The position numbers were made by a program, and so were the translations under genes. Shown piece by piece: positions 47,007 to 56,221 of a stretch of DNA of 64,000 nt. How positions within the stretch are numbered: the first letter of the stretch is position 1; each line of letters starts with the position of its first letter. Source of the DNA: an uncultured bacterium (GTDB taxonomy: Bacteria; Patescibacteriota; Minisyncoccia; Phycocordibacterales; UBA11359); the NCBI GenBank assembly GCA_903831815.1, contig CAIKZC010000001.1, positions 85,037 to 149,036 of the forward strand, written 5' to 3'. The notes under the pieces were generated by a model, which was given only the letters and a program-made list of their open reading frames with translations, was not told the origin of the DNA and searched no databases.

Positions 47007-48209
47007 TTAGGCGATGATCTTGGTTACAACACCGGCACCAACAGTCTTACCTCCCTCTCGGATGGCAAAACGCATGTTAGCTTCGAGAGCAACTGGAGCA
47101 ACAAGTTTAACCTTGAAACTTACGTTGTCTCCTGGCATAACCATTTCAGTTCCTTCATTCAAGATAACATCACCAGTTACGTCTGTAGTTCGGATGTAGA
47201 ATTGTGGCTTGTATCCAGCAAAGAATGGAGTATGTCGTCCACCTTCCTCTTTCTTCAAAATCAAAGCTTCTGCTTCGAATTCTGTATGAGGAGTGGTTGT
47301 ACCTGGCTTGCAGAGCACCTGACCTCGAGTTACGTCTTCTTTCTTAAGACCTCGGAGGAGTACGCCGGCATTGTCGCCTGCCATACCTTTATCAAGTTGC
47401 TTGTTGAAAGCTTCGATACCGGTAACGGTTGATTTCTGAGTTGGTTTAAGTCCAACAATTTCAACATCATCACCAATATTGATAACACCTCGTTCGATAC
47501 GACCGGTTACAACTGTACCTCGACCTTCAATTGAGAAGATGTCTTCGATTGGCATCAAGAATGGTTTATCGATATCTCGAACAGGCATTGGAATGTAAGT
47601 ATCCAAAGCGTTTAGAAGATTTTCGATTCCGGCGATTCCTTCTGGAGTACCAGCAAGAGCTTGAGTAGCTGAACCGCGGATAATTGGAGCGGTTTTGCCA
47701 TCAAATCCATATTTGGTCAAAAGTTCACGAACTTCTTCCTCGATAAGATCCAAAAGATCTTTATCAGGCACCAAGTCAACTTTGTTTAGGAAAACAACGA
47801 TCTTAGGTACACCGACTTGTTTAGCCAAGAGAATGTGCTCTCGAGTTTGAGGCATAGGACCGTCAACTGCGGAAACAACAAGAATAGCACCGTCCATTTG
47901 AGCGGCACCAGTAATCATGTTCTTTACATAGTCAGCGTGACCTGGGCAGTCAACGTGAGCATAGTGACGAGTCGCGGTTGAATACTCAACGTGCGAAATC
48001 GCGATAGTAACGATTTTGGTAGGATCACGTCGGCCGTCCTTTTCAGAAGCCTTAGCAACTTGATCATACGCAATAGCTTTAGCAAGACCCTTACCTGCCT
48101 GAACAGCTGTAATAGCTGCAGTCAAAGTAGTCTTACCGTGGTCAACGTGACCGATGGTGCCAACGTTTACGTGTGGCTTTGATCGATCAAAAACAGCTGC
48201 ATCTGCCAT
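47007..48209 (-). CDS. tuf: Elongation factor Tu
   Basis: [22 protein letters not shown]. Confidence 0.95.
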   Translation of the reverse strand: MADAAVFDRSKPHVNVGTIGHVDHGKTTLTAAITAVQAGKGLAKAIAYDQVAKASEKDGRRDPTKIVTIAISHVEYSTATRHYAHVDCPGHADYVKNMITGAAQMDGAILVVSAVDGPMPQTREHILLAKQVGVPKIVVFLNKVDLVPDKDLLDLIEEEVRELLTKYGFDGKTAPIIRGSATQALAGTPEGIAGIENLLNALDTYIPMPVRDIDKPFLMPIEDIFSIEGRGTVVTGRIERGVINIGDDVEIVGLKPTQKSTVTGIEAFNKQLDKGMAGDNAGVLLRGLKKEDVTRGQVLCKPGTTTPHTEFEAEALILKKEEGGRHTPFFAGYKPQFYIRTTDVTGDVILNEGTEMVMPGDNVSFKVKLVAPVALEANMRFAIREGGKTVGAGVVTKIIA

Positions 48210-48592
48210 ATATTTATTGGTGAGTTGGTTCGCTATTAAGCAGGATGCACGAGATGTTTACCCTGTCCGATAGCTAACGCTCAAATTTACTTCTAGTTAA
48301 TAATGATGCTTTCAATTACTGCAAAAACCGGCCAATGGCCAGCGCCGTAAAATGAAAACAGCGCATAAAATGCGTATTTGATATAGTAGCAGATACGAAA
48401 TAATAGTCAATGGGAGCAGGTTTCGGCTGTACCCTAATAGTGCACAGGTTACGCACTTCCAGCTTAAATTTGCTTTTATGCTATTGACTTCCCTATTTTA
48501 CACTGTATTATCCAAGCAGAAATCTCGACCGTCAATGTGATGGTTGTGATTGCACACAAATAACTCTTTGTAATGAATGGAAGGAGCCAGCT

Positions 48593-49054
48593 ATGGCAAG
48601 TCACAAGGAAATCGCGGCGATTAAGAGCTACATCGTTAACGCCCCGAAATCAAAGTTTGATACCGATGCTGCCGCCGTCGCCTTGGGCATGCAGATTATG
48701 TTTTACCTGATCGCCCAATCTGAAGAGTTTGAGACGAGCGTTCGTATCAACCTCCAAGGAAATACCAAGACCAAGGAACGATTAGACGGGGCTTGCAATT
48801 TTATGACTCGCGTCGGCAAATTCAACCACGGCCTCAACGCAATGCTGCGGGCCGCCGGCACCAATCGTCGCTTTGAAGGAATTTCTGTTGAACGGGGTCA
48901 GTACATATTCTCTTTCAAGCCATTTGATGTTTCCCCTTTCGAGGTGGACAACATCCCCCGCGTCAACTTCGATGAACTTACAACGATCGTCCTCCCCACA
49001 ACTGGGCTCAATCCTGTGACAGAACAGGAGCGAGTCACGGTTGCTCAGGTTTGA
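48593..49054 (+). CDS. Hypothetical protein (153 aa), an opposite-strand insertion between fusA and tuf
   Basis: Consensus-like promoter TTGACT-16-TATTAT at about 48486-48514. RBS AAGGAG. Terminator CCCACCGaaactctCGGTGGGcttttttt at 49088-49125. GC above background. Confidence 0.5.
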   Translation: MASHKEIAAIKSYIVNAPKSKFDTDAAAVALGMQIMFYLIAQSEEFETSVRINLQGNTKTKERLDGACNFMTRVGKFNHGLNAMLRAAGTNRRFEGISVERGQYIFSFKPFDVSPFEVDNIPRVNFDELTTIVLPTTGLNPVTEQERVTVAQV

Positions 49055-49147
49055 GAATGCATCGAGCTCAAACTGCCGCGCACCAAAACGCAAAACCCAC
49101 CGAAACTCTCGGTGGGCTTTTTTTATTTGCTTTTTTTGTTTTACTTT

Positions 49148-51292
49148 CTACTTTCTACTTTCGACAATCGTTTTCTCTACGTTTGCAGGCACCACTTCAT
49201 AGTGATCAAATTCCATGTTTGCATTTCCTCGTCCTTCAGTCATCGAACGTAATTGTGTCGTATACCCAAACATTTCAGATAGAGGCACTTTTGATTTTAC
49301 CACTTTGATATTGGCTGGACGATCTTCGAACCCTTCTATTGTACCTCGTTTTGAGTTAAGAGAGCCAACGATATCACCGAGGAATTTCTCCGGAACAGTA
49401 ACATCAACTTTCATTATAGGTTCAAGAATAACCGGTTTTGCGCGTTTTGCGGCTTCTTGGAAGGCCATAGAACCGGCGATTTTGTAAGCGATTTCGGAAG
49501 AGTCGACGTCATGATATGAACCGAACGTGAGTTCGCAAGAAATGTTGACCATTTTAAAGCCAGCTACGACACCGCGTTCCATTGCTTCTTTCACACCTTT
49601 TTCAACAGCTGGAATAAATTCAATTGGAATGACACCTCCTTTAATTGAATCAATAAATTCAAAGCCATCGGAAATTTTGACGTTCTTTGGCACTTTAGCT
49701 GTTGGATCACGCTTCTCAAGTGGCTTGATGGTAATTTTTACGTGACCATATTGTCCCTTTCCTCCTGACTGCTTGATGTATTTGTGTTCAGCTTCTGCTT
49801 CGGCCATAATTGTTTCTTTGTAGGCAACTTGTGGCTTACCGACATTAGCTTCAACGCCGAATTCTCGTTTCATACGATCAACCATGATTTCAAGGTGAAG
49901 TTCACCCATACCGGAAATAATAGTTTCGCCGGTTTCCTGATCGGAATTTATTTTGAAGGTTGGATCTTCATCGGAAAGTTTCTTCATAGCCATACCCATT
50001 TTCTCCTGGTCGGCTTTGGTCTTTGGTTCGATACGCAAAGATACGACTGGATCCACGAATTTAATTGGGTCGAGAATGATTGGATTGTTTTCGTCGCAGA
50101 AAGTGTGCGAAGTTCGCGCGCTTTTCACGCCGACAGCTGCCGCAATTTCTCCGGCATAAACTTTTTTAACTTCTTCACGTTTGTCAGCTTGCAATCGCAC
50201 GATACGACCGAGCCTCTCTCGATCCCCCGTCGTTGAATTGTAAATATATGTGCCAGCTTCGATCGTTCCTGAATAAACACGGAAGAAAGTTAATTGACCA
50301 ACGAACGGATCATTCTGAAGTTTGAAAGCAAGAGCGGCAAAAGGTTCCTCATCGGAAGCATGACGATAAATTGTCTCACCTGTATCAGGATTGATGCCGT
50401 GAACCGGTGGAATATCGAGAGGAGATGGAAGATAATCGACAACGGCGTCCAAAATGAGTTGCACGCCTTTGTTTTTGAGAGCCGAGCCGGTGAAGACAGG
50501 CACGAGCTTGACGGACAATGTTCCTTTGCGAATACATTTTTTAAGTTCGTCGATGCTCGGCTCTTTGCCATCCAAGTATGCAGCCAAAATCGTATCATCA
50601 AATTCCACAACTTTTTCCACGAGTTCAGCGCGATACTTTTTAGCATCAGCTAGCATATTCTCAGGAATTTCAGCAACACGAATCGTCCCACCCATTTCGC
50701 CTTCGAAATAGTAGGCTTTCATGGTTAGCAAATCGACAATGCCTTCAAAATGTTCTTCCAAACCGATTGGCAATTGAAAACGCACGGCATTTTTGGTCAA
50801 ACGATCCAAAATAGATTGATATGATCGTTCAAAACTTGCGCCCATACGATCGAGTTTGTTAATAAAACAAATTCGAGGCACGTTTCCATCATCGGCATAT
50901 CGCCAGTTAGTTTCAGATTGAGGTTCAACGCCTGCAACACCGTCAAAAACGACAACAGCACCGTCGAGCACGCGAAGAGATCGTTTTACTTCTGCGGTAA
51001 AGTCAATGTGCCCCGGAGTGTCAATAATATTGAAGCGAACTTTCTTGGAGATATCCTTACCCATGTAACTTGGATTCCAGAAACAAGTAATAGCGGCGGC
51101 GGTAATAGTGATACCTCGCTCTCTTTCCTGCTCCATCCAGTCGGTGGTTGTGTTACCGTCGTGCACCTCACCAATTTTGTGAGATTCACCCGTGTAATAC
51201 AAAACACGCTCTGATGTCGTGGTTTTACCGGCATCGATATGGGCAATAATACCGAAATTTCTGACCTTCTCTAATGGATAATCGCGTTGCAT
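49148..51292 (-). CDS. fusA: Elongation factor G
   Basis: AHIDAGKTTT, DTPGHIDF, full five-domain length (714 aa). Confidence 0.95.
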   Translation of the reverse strand: MQRDYPLEKVRNFGIIAHIDAGKTTTSERVLYYTGESHKIGEVHDGNTTTDWMEQERERGITITAAAITCFWNPSYMGKDISKKVRFNIIDTPGHIDFTAEVKRSLRVLDGAVVVFDGVAGVEPQSETNWRYADDGNVPRICFINKLDRMGASFERSYQSILDRLTKNAVRFQLPIGLEEHFEGIVDLLTMKAYYFEGEMGGTIRVAEIPENMLADAKKYRAELVEKVVEFDDTILAAYLDGKEPSIDELKKCIRKGTLSVKLVPVFTGSALKNKGVQLILDAVVDYLPSPLDIPPVHGINPDTGETIYRHASDEEPFAALAFKLQNDPFVGQLTFFRVYSGTIEAGTYIYNSTTGDRERLGRIVRLQADKREEVKKVYAGEIAAAVGVKSARTSHTFCDENNPIILDPIKFVDPVVSLRIEPKTKADQEKMGMAMKKLSDEDPTFKINSDQETGETIISGMGELHLEIMVDRMKREFGVEANVGKPQVAYKETIMAEAEAEHKYIKQSGGKGQYGHVKITIKPLEKRDPTAKVPKNVKISDGFEFIDSIKGGVIPIEFIPAVEKGVKEAMERGVVAGFKMVNISCELTFGSYHDVDSSEIAYKIAGSMAFQEAAKRAKPVILEPIMKVDVTVPEKFLGDIVGSLNSKRGTIEGFEDRPANIKVVKSKVPLSEMFGYTTQLRSMTEGRGNANMEFDHYEVVPANVEKTIVESRK

Positions 51293-51721
51293 ATAATAAT
51301 AATTAATAAGCTAAAGCTTTTTTTGACGTCACTCGGACGGATATGAGAATAAGACTCTCATATCCGTCCTCATTAGTCAAAATAAAAAAGGGCGTTGACC
51401 CTACTAATAAGTACCCGTGATTGTAGCGTAAAAGGTTGAAAGTGTAAAGAAAACGGATCCCCGAATCAATTACCTGCTATAATAATCCCAGATTGGTTAT
51501 ATTGAACGGTTACGGCTTTTCAAGACCTTTTGGACTCATGCATATTGAGAGCGCGGACGGTTACGGCTTTCCACGGAGGATATGCATGGTAGTCAACAAA
51601 AAAGAAAATACTTGGTGCGACGTGTTGGTTGATTTTTGATCACATATAAAATACAGTCCGGTCTCTTCCATTTTTTTTGGACTAGATGGACAGTGGAATA
51701 GATGACACGTCGCACAACACC

Positions 51722-51846
51722 GACTCTAACGGCAACCCGAACGTTTTCAATCTCGAACACAACGATGATGGTTTGTGGCTGAACAACAATTGGGCGAAAC
51801 CCGACAATGAGTGGAATCCGAACAACAAGTTCGCGTTCCGTCTCCG
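51722..51846 (+). repeat. DGR template repeat (TR), 125 nt
   Basis: Aligns with VR 53314-53438 (minus strand) with about 27 mismatches, all at TR adenines, plus one synonymous G/A. Followed by hairpin CCGCGAttttacaagTCGCGG at 51862-51882. Confidence 0.85.
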
Positions 51847-51868
51847 AAACTGTTTTCTTTCCGCGATT

Positions 51869-52216
51869 TTACAAGTCGCGGTTTTTCTTTTCTGGATTTA
51901 CCAGACTTTTCTTCCAACCACCAAGCATTTTGCCAACATCTTCAAGTTTCAGGGCAACATCTTCATATTGTTTGTCAGAAATGAGCTTACCCTCCCACGC
52001 AACCGAAATCAGAAACTTCAAGGTATCCAGAATCAAAATACATTTTGAAATCTTTTCCAATTTCTTTTCTTTTTCTGTAAAATAAGCAATATAAGCCCAA
52101 TCGAGCAAATCAAGAAATTTATTTTCAATTCGAGAGCCAATAGTATAACGAGACCCTTTAGCAATATGAGGAACAATGTTAACCCAAACCAAATACCCCT
52201 CTTTGATTCTATTCAA
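51869..52216 (-). CDS. avd: DGR accessory variability determinant (Avd, four-helix-bundle family)
   Basis: 115 aa. C-terminal ...LKLEDVGKMLGGWKKSL and N-terminal YLVWVNIVPHIAKGSRYTIG match the bAvd/four-helix-bundle family pattern. On the strand opposite to the RT, overlapping the RT ORF 5-prime end. Confidence 0.65.
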   Translation of the reverse strand: MNRIKEGYLVWVNIVPHIAKGSRYTIGSRIENKFLDLLDWAYIAYFTEKEKKLEKISKCILILDTLKFLISVAWEGKLISDKQYEDVALKLEDVGKMLGGWKKSLVNPEKKNRDL

Positions 52217-53285
52217 AATCGAGGCGTTATCGAGAGAGAGAGAGAGAGAGAGTAAACTGCGGTTTGGTCATATCTATGATGATATCATTTCTATTAAAAA
52301 CTTGCTCATAGCATGGCGCGAATTTTTGCGCAACAAACGCGACCGAAAAGATGTCGAAAGATTTTCACTTCATTTAATGGATAACGTGTTAGCGCTTCAC
52401 CGTGAACTTATAAACAAAACTTACCATCACGGACACTATAAAGCTTTCAAAATCAATGATCCAAAACCCCGTGACATTCACAAAGCGAGTGTTCGGGATC
52501 GACTTTTACACCACGCAATTTACCGAATTTTATATCCATATTTTGATCCTAAATTTATTTTTGATTCGTACTCCTGTCGAAATGTTAAAGGCACGCATCG
52601 TGCCGTAAATCGTTTTCGTAAATATGCTCGCAAAGTTTCAAAAAACCACACCCGAACTGTTTGGATTTTAAAATGTGATATCAGAAAATTTTTTGCCAAT
52701 ATTGATCACAAAATTTTACTAGATATTTTAAAACGACGCATGAGTAATAAAGACACTGTTTGGTTACTAAATGAAGTTATTAAAAGTTTTAACACTAAAA
52801 ATAAATCGGATGTTGGTTTGCCGCTAGGCAATCTTACCAGCCAACTTCTTGTGAATATATACATGAATGAATTTGATCATTTTATCAAACGAAATTTGAA
52901 AATTGCTTATTATGCCAGATATGCAGATGATTTTATTGTTTTGCACGAAAACAAAGAATATCTCAAGGGTATTCTGCCAACAATATCAGAATTTCTAGAA
53001 ACACACCTAAAATTATCACTCCATCCAAACAAAGTTTCCATAAAAACAATTTCTTCTGGAGTCGATTTTTTAGGCTGGGTCAGTTTTCCACACCACAGAG
53101 TTTTACGCAACTCTACAAAAAAGAGGATGTTCAGAAACTTAAATCGAGATCCGAAAAAAGAATCTTTGGCCTCTTATCAAGGACTCTTAAGTCGCGGCGA
53201 TACACATAAATTGAAACAAATGATATCAGAAAAATATTTCGAAAAGAATCAAAGAAACCAAGAGCCAAAGGTTCAGAAAAATTAA
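52176..53285 (+). CDS. DGR reverse transcriptase; true start uncertain (may lie downstream of the (GA)10 tract)
   Basis: RT motifs: LKCDIRKFFANIDHKIL (motif 2), GLPLGNLTSQLLVNIYMNEFD (motif 4/B), YARYADDFIV (YxDD catalytic), LHPNK...GWV. Confidence 0.85.
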   Translation: MLTQTKYPSLILFKIEALSRERERESKLRFGHIYDDIISIKNLLIAWREFLRNKRDRKDVERFSLHLMDNVLALHRELINKTYHHGHYKAFKINDPKPRDIHKASVRDRLLHHAIYRILYPYFDPKFIFDSYSCRNVKGTHRAVNRFRKYARKVSKNHTRTVWILKCDIRKFFANIDHKILLDILKRRMSNKDTVWLLNEVIKSFNTKNKSDVGLPLGNLTSQLLVNIYMNEFDHFIKRNLKIAYYARYADDFIVLHENKEYLKGILPTISEFLETHLKLSLHPNKVSIKTISSGVDFLGWVSFPHHRVLRNSTKKRMFRNLNRDPKKESLASYQGLLSRGDTHKLKQMISEKYFEKNQRNQEPKVQKN

Positions 53286-53297
53286 GAGTAAAAGACT

Positions 53298-55142
53298 CTA
53301 AGTTTTAGACTTGCGGAGACGGAACGCGAACTCGTAGCCCGGATCCCACCCAAAGCCGGGCATCGCCCAAGCGCTGTACAGCCATAAACCAACACCGCGG
53401 CGTTCGAGATTGAAAACGCACGGGCTGCCGTCAGAGTCGGAGATTTGTTTCATACCAACAACAAACCAGTCACCTAAAGGCTGATTTTTATATTGCAGAC
53501 GATAATTAGGTCCTGTATCGGCGGGACACAATTCCAACCCAAGGGCTTGTGCTCGTTCATAAATTTGATCAGTTGTGGCGTTTGTTTTGAAACCAAGATC
53601 AGCAACCGTTAAACGAATCAGTGTGGCAGTTTCAATATTTTTGCCAGTCACAAATTCACGACTTTTGAGCATAAATTCGACATTATCAGAAATTTTTATG
53701 CCATCTTTTTTCAATTCACTTAATAAGTGTTCACCAGTTTTGCCTCCTATCTCAACACTTTCTCGGCTAATTTTCTTTTCCGGAAAGGAAGTGTAAACGT
53801 GTTCAAGATTGTCTGGTAGTTTTTGGAAAATACCGGGTTCGAGTTGTCCGACATATACCTTGGTGTTTTCATTTATTTGACTTGGAACGTGTGCAATCTG
53901 TTCTTTTGTGCACTCAAAGATAACCAACACGTCTTCTTCAACATTTCTATTGGTTCGTAATTCGACAATACGTGGGTCACGTTCGTAACCAAAACCTTCA
54001 ATCGGTGTGTTAATTTCGTAGAGAAAAATCAAATCATCTTTGGTAAAGGCTTCGCCTTTTTCGTGTTTTTGATCCAAAGCAGTAAGCTTTTTCATGTCCT
54101 CACTTTTTTTGCGATACGCATCGGCTTCCGTGCCAAATTCTGCAAGCTTAGTATCCAATACCTCCTGAAAAATTGGTTCAACATCTTGATGGGGTAGAAG
54201 CCCGCGGATTTGACCGATTTGGTTGCCAGTCATTTGGATTGCGAGGCGTGGCTGAGTGGGATTGCCGTCATTGTCGTAAGTATAATAAACATAAAAATCT
54301 CCTTGCTTGTTGTAGCTGTGCGCAGTTGCCTTGCCTTCAATACACCAACCAGCTCCACCTGTCTTCCCTTCCACAGATTGCCATAGTCTATCAGCATCAT
54401 TAGAATTGTTAGCTTCATATTTTATCCACGTTCCTTGTATTTCTTCCTTATTTTCGATTTTGGAAGCCAGAGAGCCGGCAATAAAATCGGCATATAGAGC
54501 TGGAAATTTCTTGGAAAAATTTTCTCGTATTTCCAGGTCTTTCAGATTTTTGTTGTCATTTTTAACTTTTTCGTAAATATCAAGTATTTTTGCCAACGCA
54601 GCTCGGTTGATATCAGGGAAACGACCCACGGTTGATTCGGTACGAGACTTGAACTTACCTAGTTCTTTGTCGAATTGCGAAAGCTTAATTACCTGATTCC
54701 AAACGTAGTATTTAAACCAAGCAGGGTAAGCAACGTCTTCTTTAGTGAGATAATCCATCCATGTATCGAGAGAGTGCTTCTGATCTTCAATTGCTACATC
54801 CATCATCTGCTCGCGCACGTTTTCAGGAATTACTTCTACAGGTTGCCCACGTTCTCGTGCGATACGTTGCTGAAGTTCAAAATAGCTTTCGGGGAAATTA
54901 TCACGCTTGATTAGCAACGCGTCATATATTTTGTCGCGAAACATTTCAATGTTACGTTCACGTTTTTCTGTATCCGGATTGAGAAAAATATTTTCCAGTC
55001 TATCCATATATGCTTCTATTCTTGCGGTTGGATCATTAGGAACACTTTCACCGGTTCGTTGTTCCTGACGTTCTACTGCACGTTGCACCTCAGGTGAGGT
55101 TTGCAATTCTGGGTTTTTGATATGAAGCGGAAATTTTTCCAT
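53298..55142 (-). CDS. DGR target protein (614 aa) with the variable repeat in its C-terminal 40 aa
   Basis: C-terminus ...SPCVFNLERRGVGLWLYSAWAMPGFGWDPGYEFAFRLRKS is the diversified counterpart of TR-encoded ...NVFNLEHNDDGLWLNNNWAKPDNEWNPNNKFAFRLRN (Asn AAC codons in TR). VR 53314-53438. Confidence 0.8.
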   Translation of the reverse strand: MEKFPLHIKNPELQTSPEVQRAVERQEQRTGESVPNDPTARIEAYMDRLENIFLNPDTEKRERNIEMFRDKIYDALLIKRDNFPESYFELQQRIARERGQPVEVIPENVREQMMDVAIEDQKHSLDTWMDYLTKEDVAYPAWFKYYVWNQVIKLSQFDKELGKFKSRTESTVGRFPDINRAALAKILDIYEKVKNDNKNLKDLEIRENFSKKFPALYADFIAGSLASKIENKEEIQGTWIKYEANNSNDADRLWQSVEGKTGGAGWCIEGKATAHSYNKQGDFYVYYTYDNDGNPTQPRLAIQMTGNQIGQIRGLLPHQDVEPIFQEVLDTKLAEFGTEADAYRKKSEDMKKLTALDQKHEKGEAFTKDDLIFLYEINTPIEGFGYERDPRIVELRTNRNVEEDVLVIFECTKEQIAHVPSQINENTKVYVGQLEPGIFQKLPDNLEHVYTSFPEKKISRESVEIGGKTGEHLLSELKKDGIKISDNVEFMLKSREFVTGKNIETATLIRLTVADLGFKTNATTDQIYERAQALGLELCPADTGPNYRLQYKNQPLGDWFVVGMKQISDSDGSPCVFNLERRGVGLWLYSAWAMPGFGWDPGYEFAFRLRKSKT

Positions 55143-55143
55143 A

Positions 55144-55365
55144 TTATTTTATTTTCTTAGCAAGCTCACGCAAGTCACCATAAAGAACTTTTCCTTCTCC
55201 TAACTCGCTTTCGGCTTGGAGAACAGCATTAACCGCCTCGTCCTCAGCAAAATGATCGAGAGCTTTGTGTACAACTTCAACTTTGTTATTTGCATTTCCA
55301 GCTTTTATATAGGCCGCAATAAAGGCTTCTTGTTTTGCGGTAATTGATATTGATAACGTAGTCAT
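55144..55365 (-). CDS. Ribbon-helix-helix (ParD/CopG-like) small protein, translationally coupled (TAAtATG) to the DGR target
   Basis: 73 aa. TLSISITAKQEAFIAAYIKAGNANNKVEVVHKALDHF aligns with ParD-family antitoxin ...[33 protein letters not shown]. Confidence 0.5.
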   Translation of the reverse strand: MTTLSISITAKQEAFIAAYIKAGNANNKVEVVHKALDHFAEDEAVNAVLQAESELGEGKVLYGDLRELAKKIK

Positions 55366-55414
55366 ATATTTTTATAGTATTGCCACATTATACTATAATA
55401 CGCCGTAAATAATA

Positions 55415-55445
55415 CAGGAAATCTTGAGGTCGCAATTTGCGACCT
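55415..55445. promoter_or_regulatory. 30-nt perfect palindrome ATCTTGAGGTCGCAATTTGCGACCTCAAGAT between ORF6N-2 and the RHH gene (terminator and/or operator)
   Basis: Core GGTCGCAATTTGCGACC is identical to the core of the 36752-36780 palindrome. TATAAT at about 55388 (minus strand) lies downstream of it. Confidence 0.5.
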
Positions 55446-55467
55446 CAAGATTTACTAACAAGCTATT

Positions 55468-55974
55468 TTACCCATGAAAACCAATTCTCGGTTTTTCCTT
55501 CTCTTTTGGTTGAATTGGAGGTTCCATAAGTTGTTTTATAGCTCGAAAAACAACTTGAAAATGTTGATCGTATTTTTTCTCCAACTCATCCAATCGACGA
55601 ACCAAGTCTTTGTTAACAGAAAGAATTTGGCGCAATTTTATAAAAGTCCTTACTATTGCCACACTCATAACAATAGCTTGTGGACTGTTTAATACGTTAG
55701 CCGCCATCAATGCACCATGCTCAGTAAATGCATATGGCAAGTAACGACGCCCGCCATAACTTGAGGTCACAAATTGTGACCTCAAGTTTTGCACTTCTTC
55801 CAAACTCAACTGAAACATAAAATCTTCAGGAAAACGATCAGGATTCCTTTTAACTGCCTGATTTAAAACCTTTGTCTCCACACCATACAAATTTGCCAAA
55901 TCCCTGTCCAAAATCACCTTTTGATTACGAATAATTAAAATTGCCTGTTCTACCCTCTCCAGTTTTTTATTCAT
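55468..55974 (-). CDS. ORF6N-domain (KilA-N-like) protein, paralog 2
   Basis: ...IRNQKVILDRDLANLYGVETKVLNQAVKRNPDRFPEDFMFQLS...LRSQFVTSSYGGRRYLPYAFTEHGALMAANVL. The LRSQFVTSS motif is encoded by the 27-nt perfect palindrome CTTGAGGTCACAAATTGTGACCTCAAG (55769-55795). Confidence 0.8.
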   Translation of the reverse strand: MNKKLERVEQAILIIRNQKVILDRDLANLYGVETKVLNQAVKRNPDRFPEDFMFQLSLEEVQNLRSQFVTSSYGGRRYLPYAFTEHGALMAANVLNSPQAIVMSVAIVRTFIKLRQILSVNKDLVRRLDELEKKYDQHFQVVFRAIKQLMEPPIQPKEKEKPRIGFHG

Positions 55975-56048
55975 CCCAAAACCGTAGCATTTTGGAGATA
56001 AAATATTTATAAAATCTATTTGATATTTTTTATATTTTATTTAATGCG

Positions 56049-56149
56049 GAAGACTATGCCTTGAAGGGTGCCTTGCGCAGCGCGACTGGCGCGAGCGGAG
56101 CGGACGGCCAGTAGGCCGGAACGCGTGCATCCCAAAAGACATAGTCTGC
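56049..56149 (+). repeat. Element B copy 3
   Basis: Closing stem AGACTATGCC...GACATAGTCT. Core near-identical to copy 1, with GGCCagtaGGCC. Followed by terminator AAAAAACCACCgagcGGTGGTTTTTT at 56165-56200. A TTGATA-17-AATGCG promoter-like sequence sits upstream at about 56009-56040. Confidence 0.65.
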
Positions 56150-56221
56150 AGCATTTACATACAAAACAAAAAACCACCGAGCGGTGGTTTTTTGTTTTGT
56201 ATTTATGTTTTTGCTTTCAGA

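Noticed and set aside
48220-48480. 260-nt gap upstream of tuf examined for ncRNA.
   Set aside because: No promoter-terminator pairing on either strand apart from the 48486 promoter for the downstream plus-strand gene. Likely tuf leader or regulatory space only.
20846-56149. Element B considered as integron attC-like recombination sites.
   Set aside because: attC sites conserve the outer R/L boxes and vary in the centre. Element B shows the opposite pattern, and no intI-like gene is in the window.
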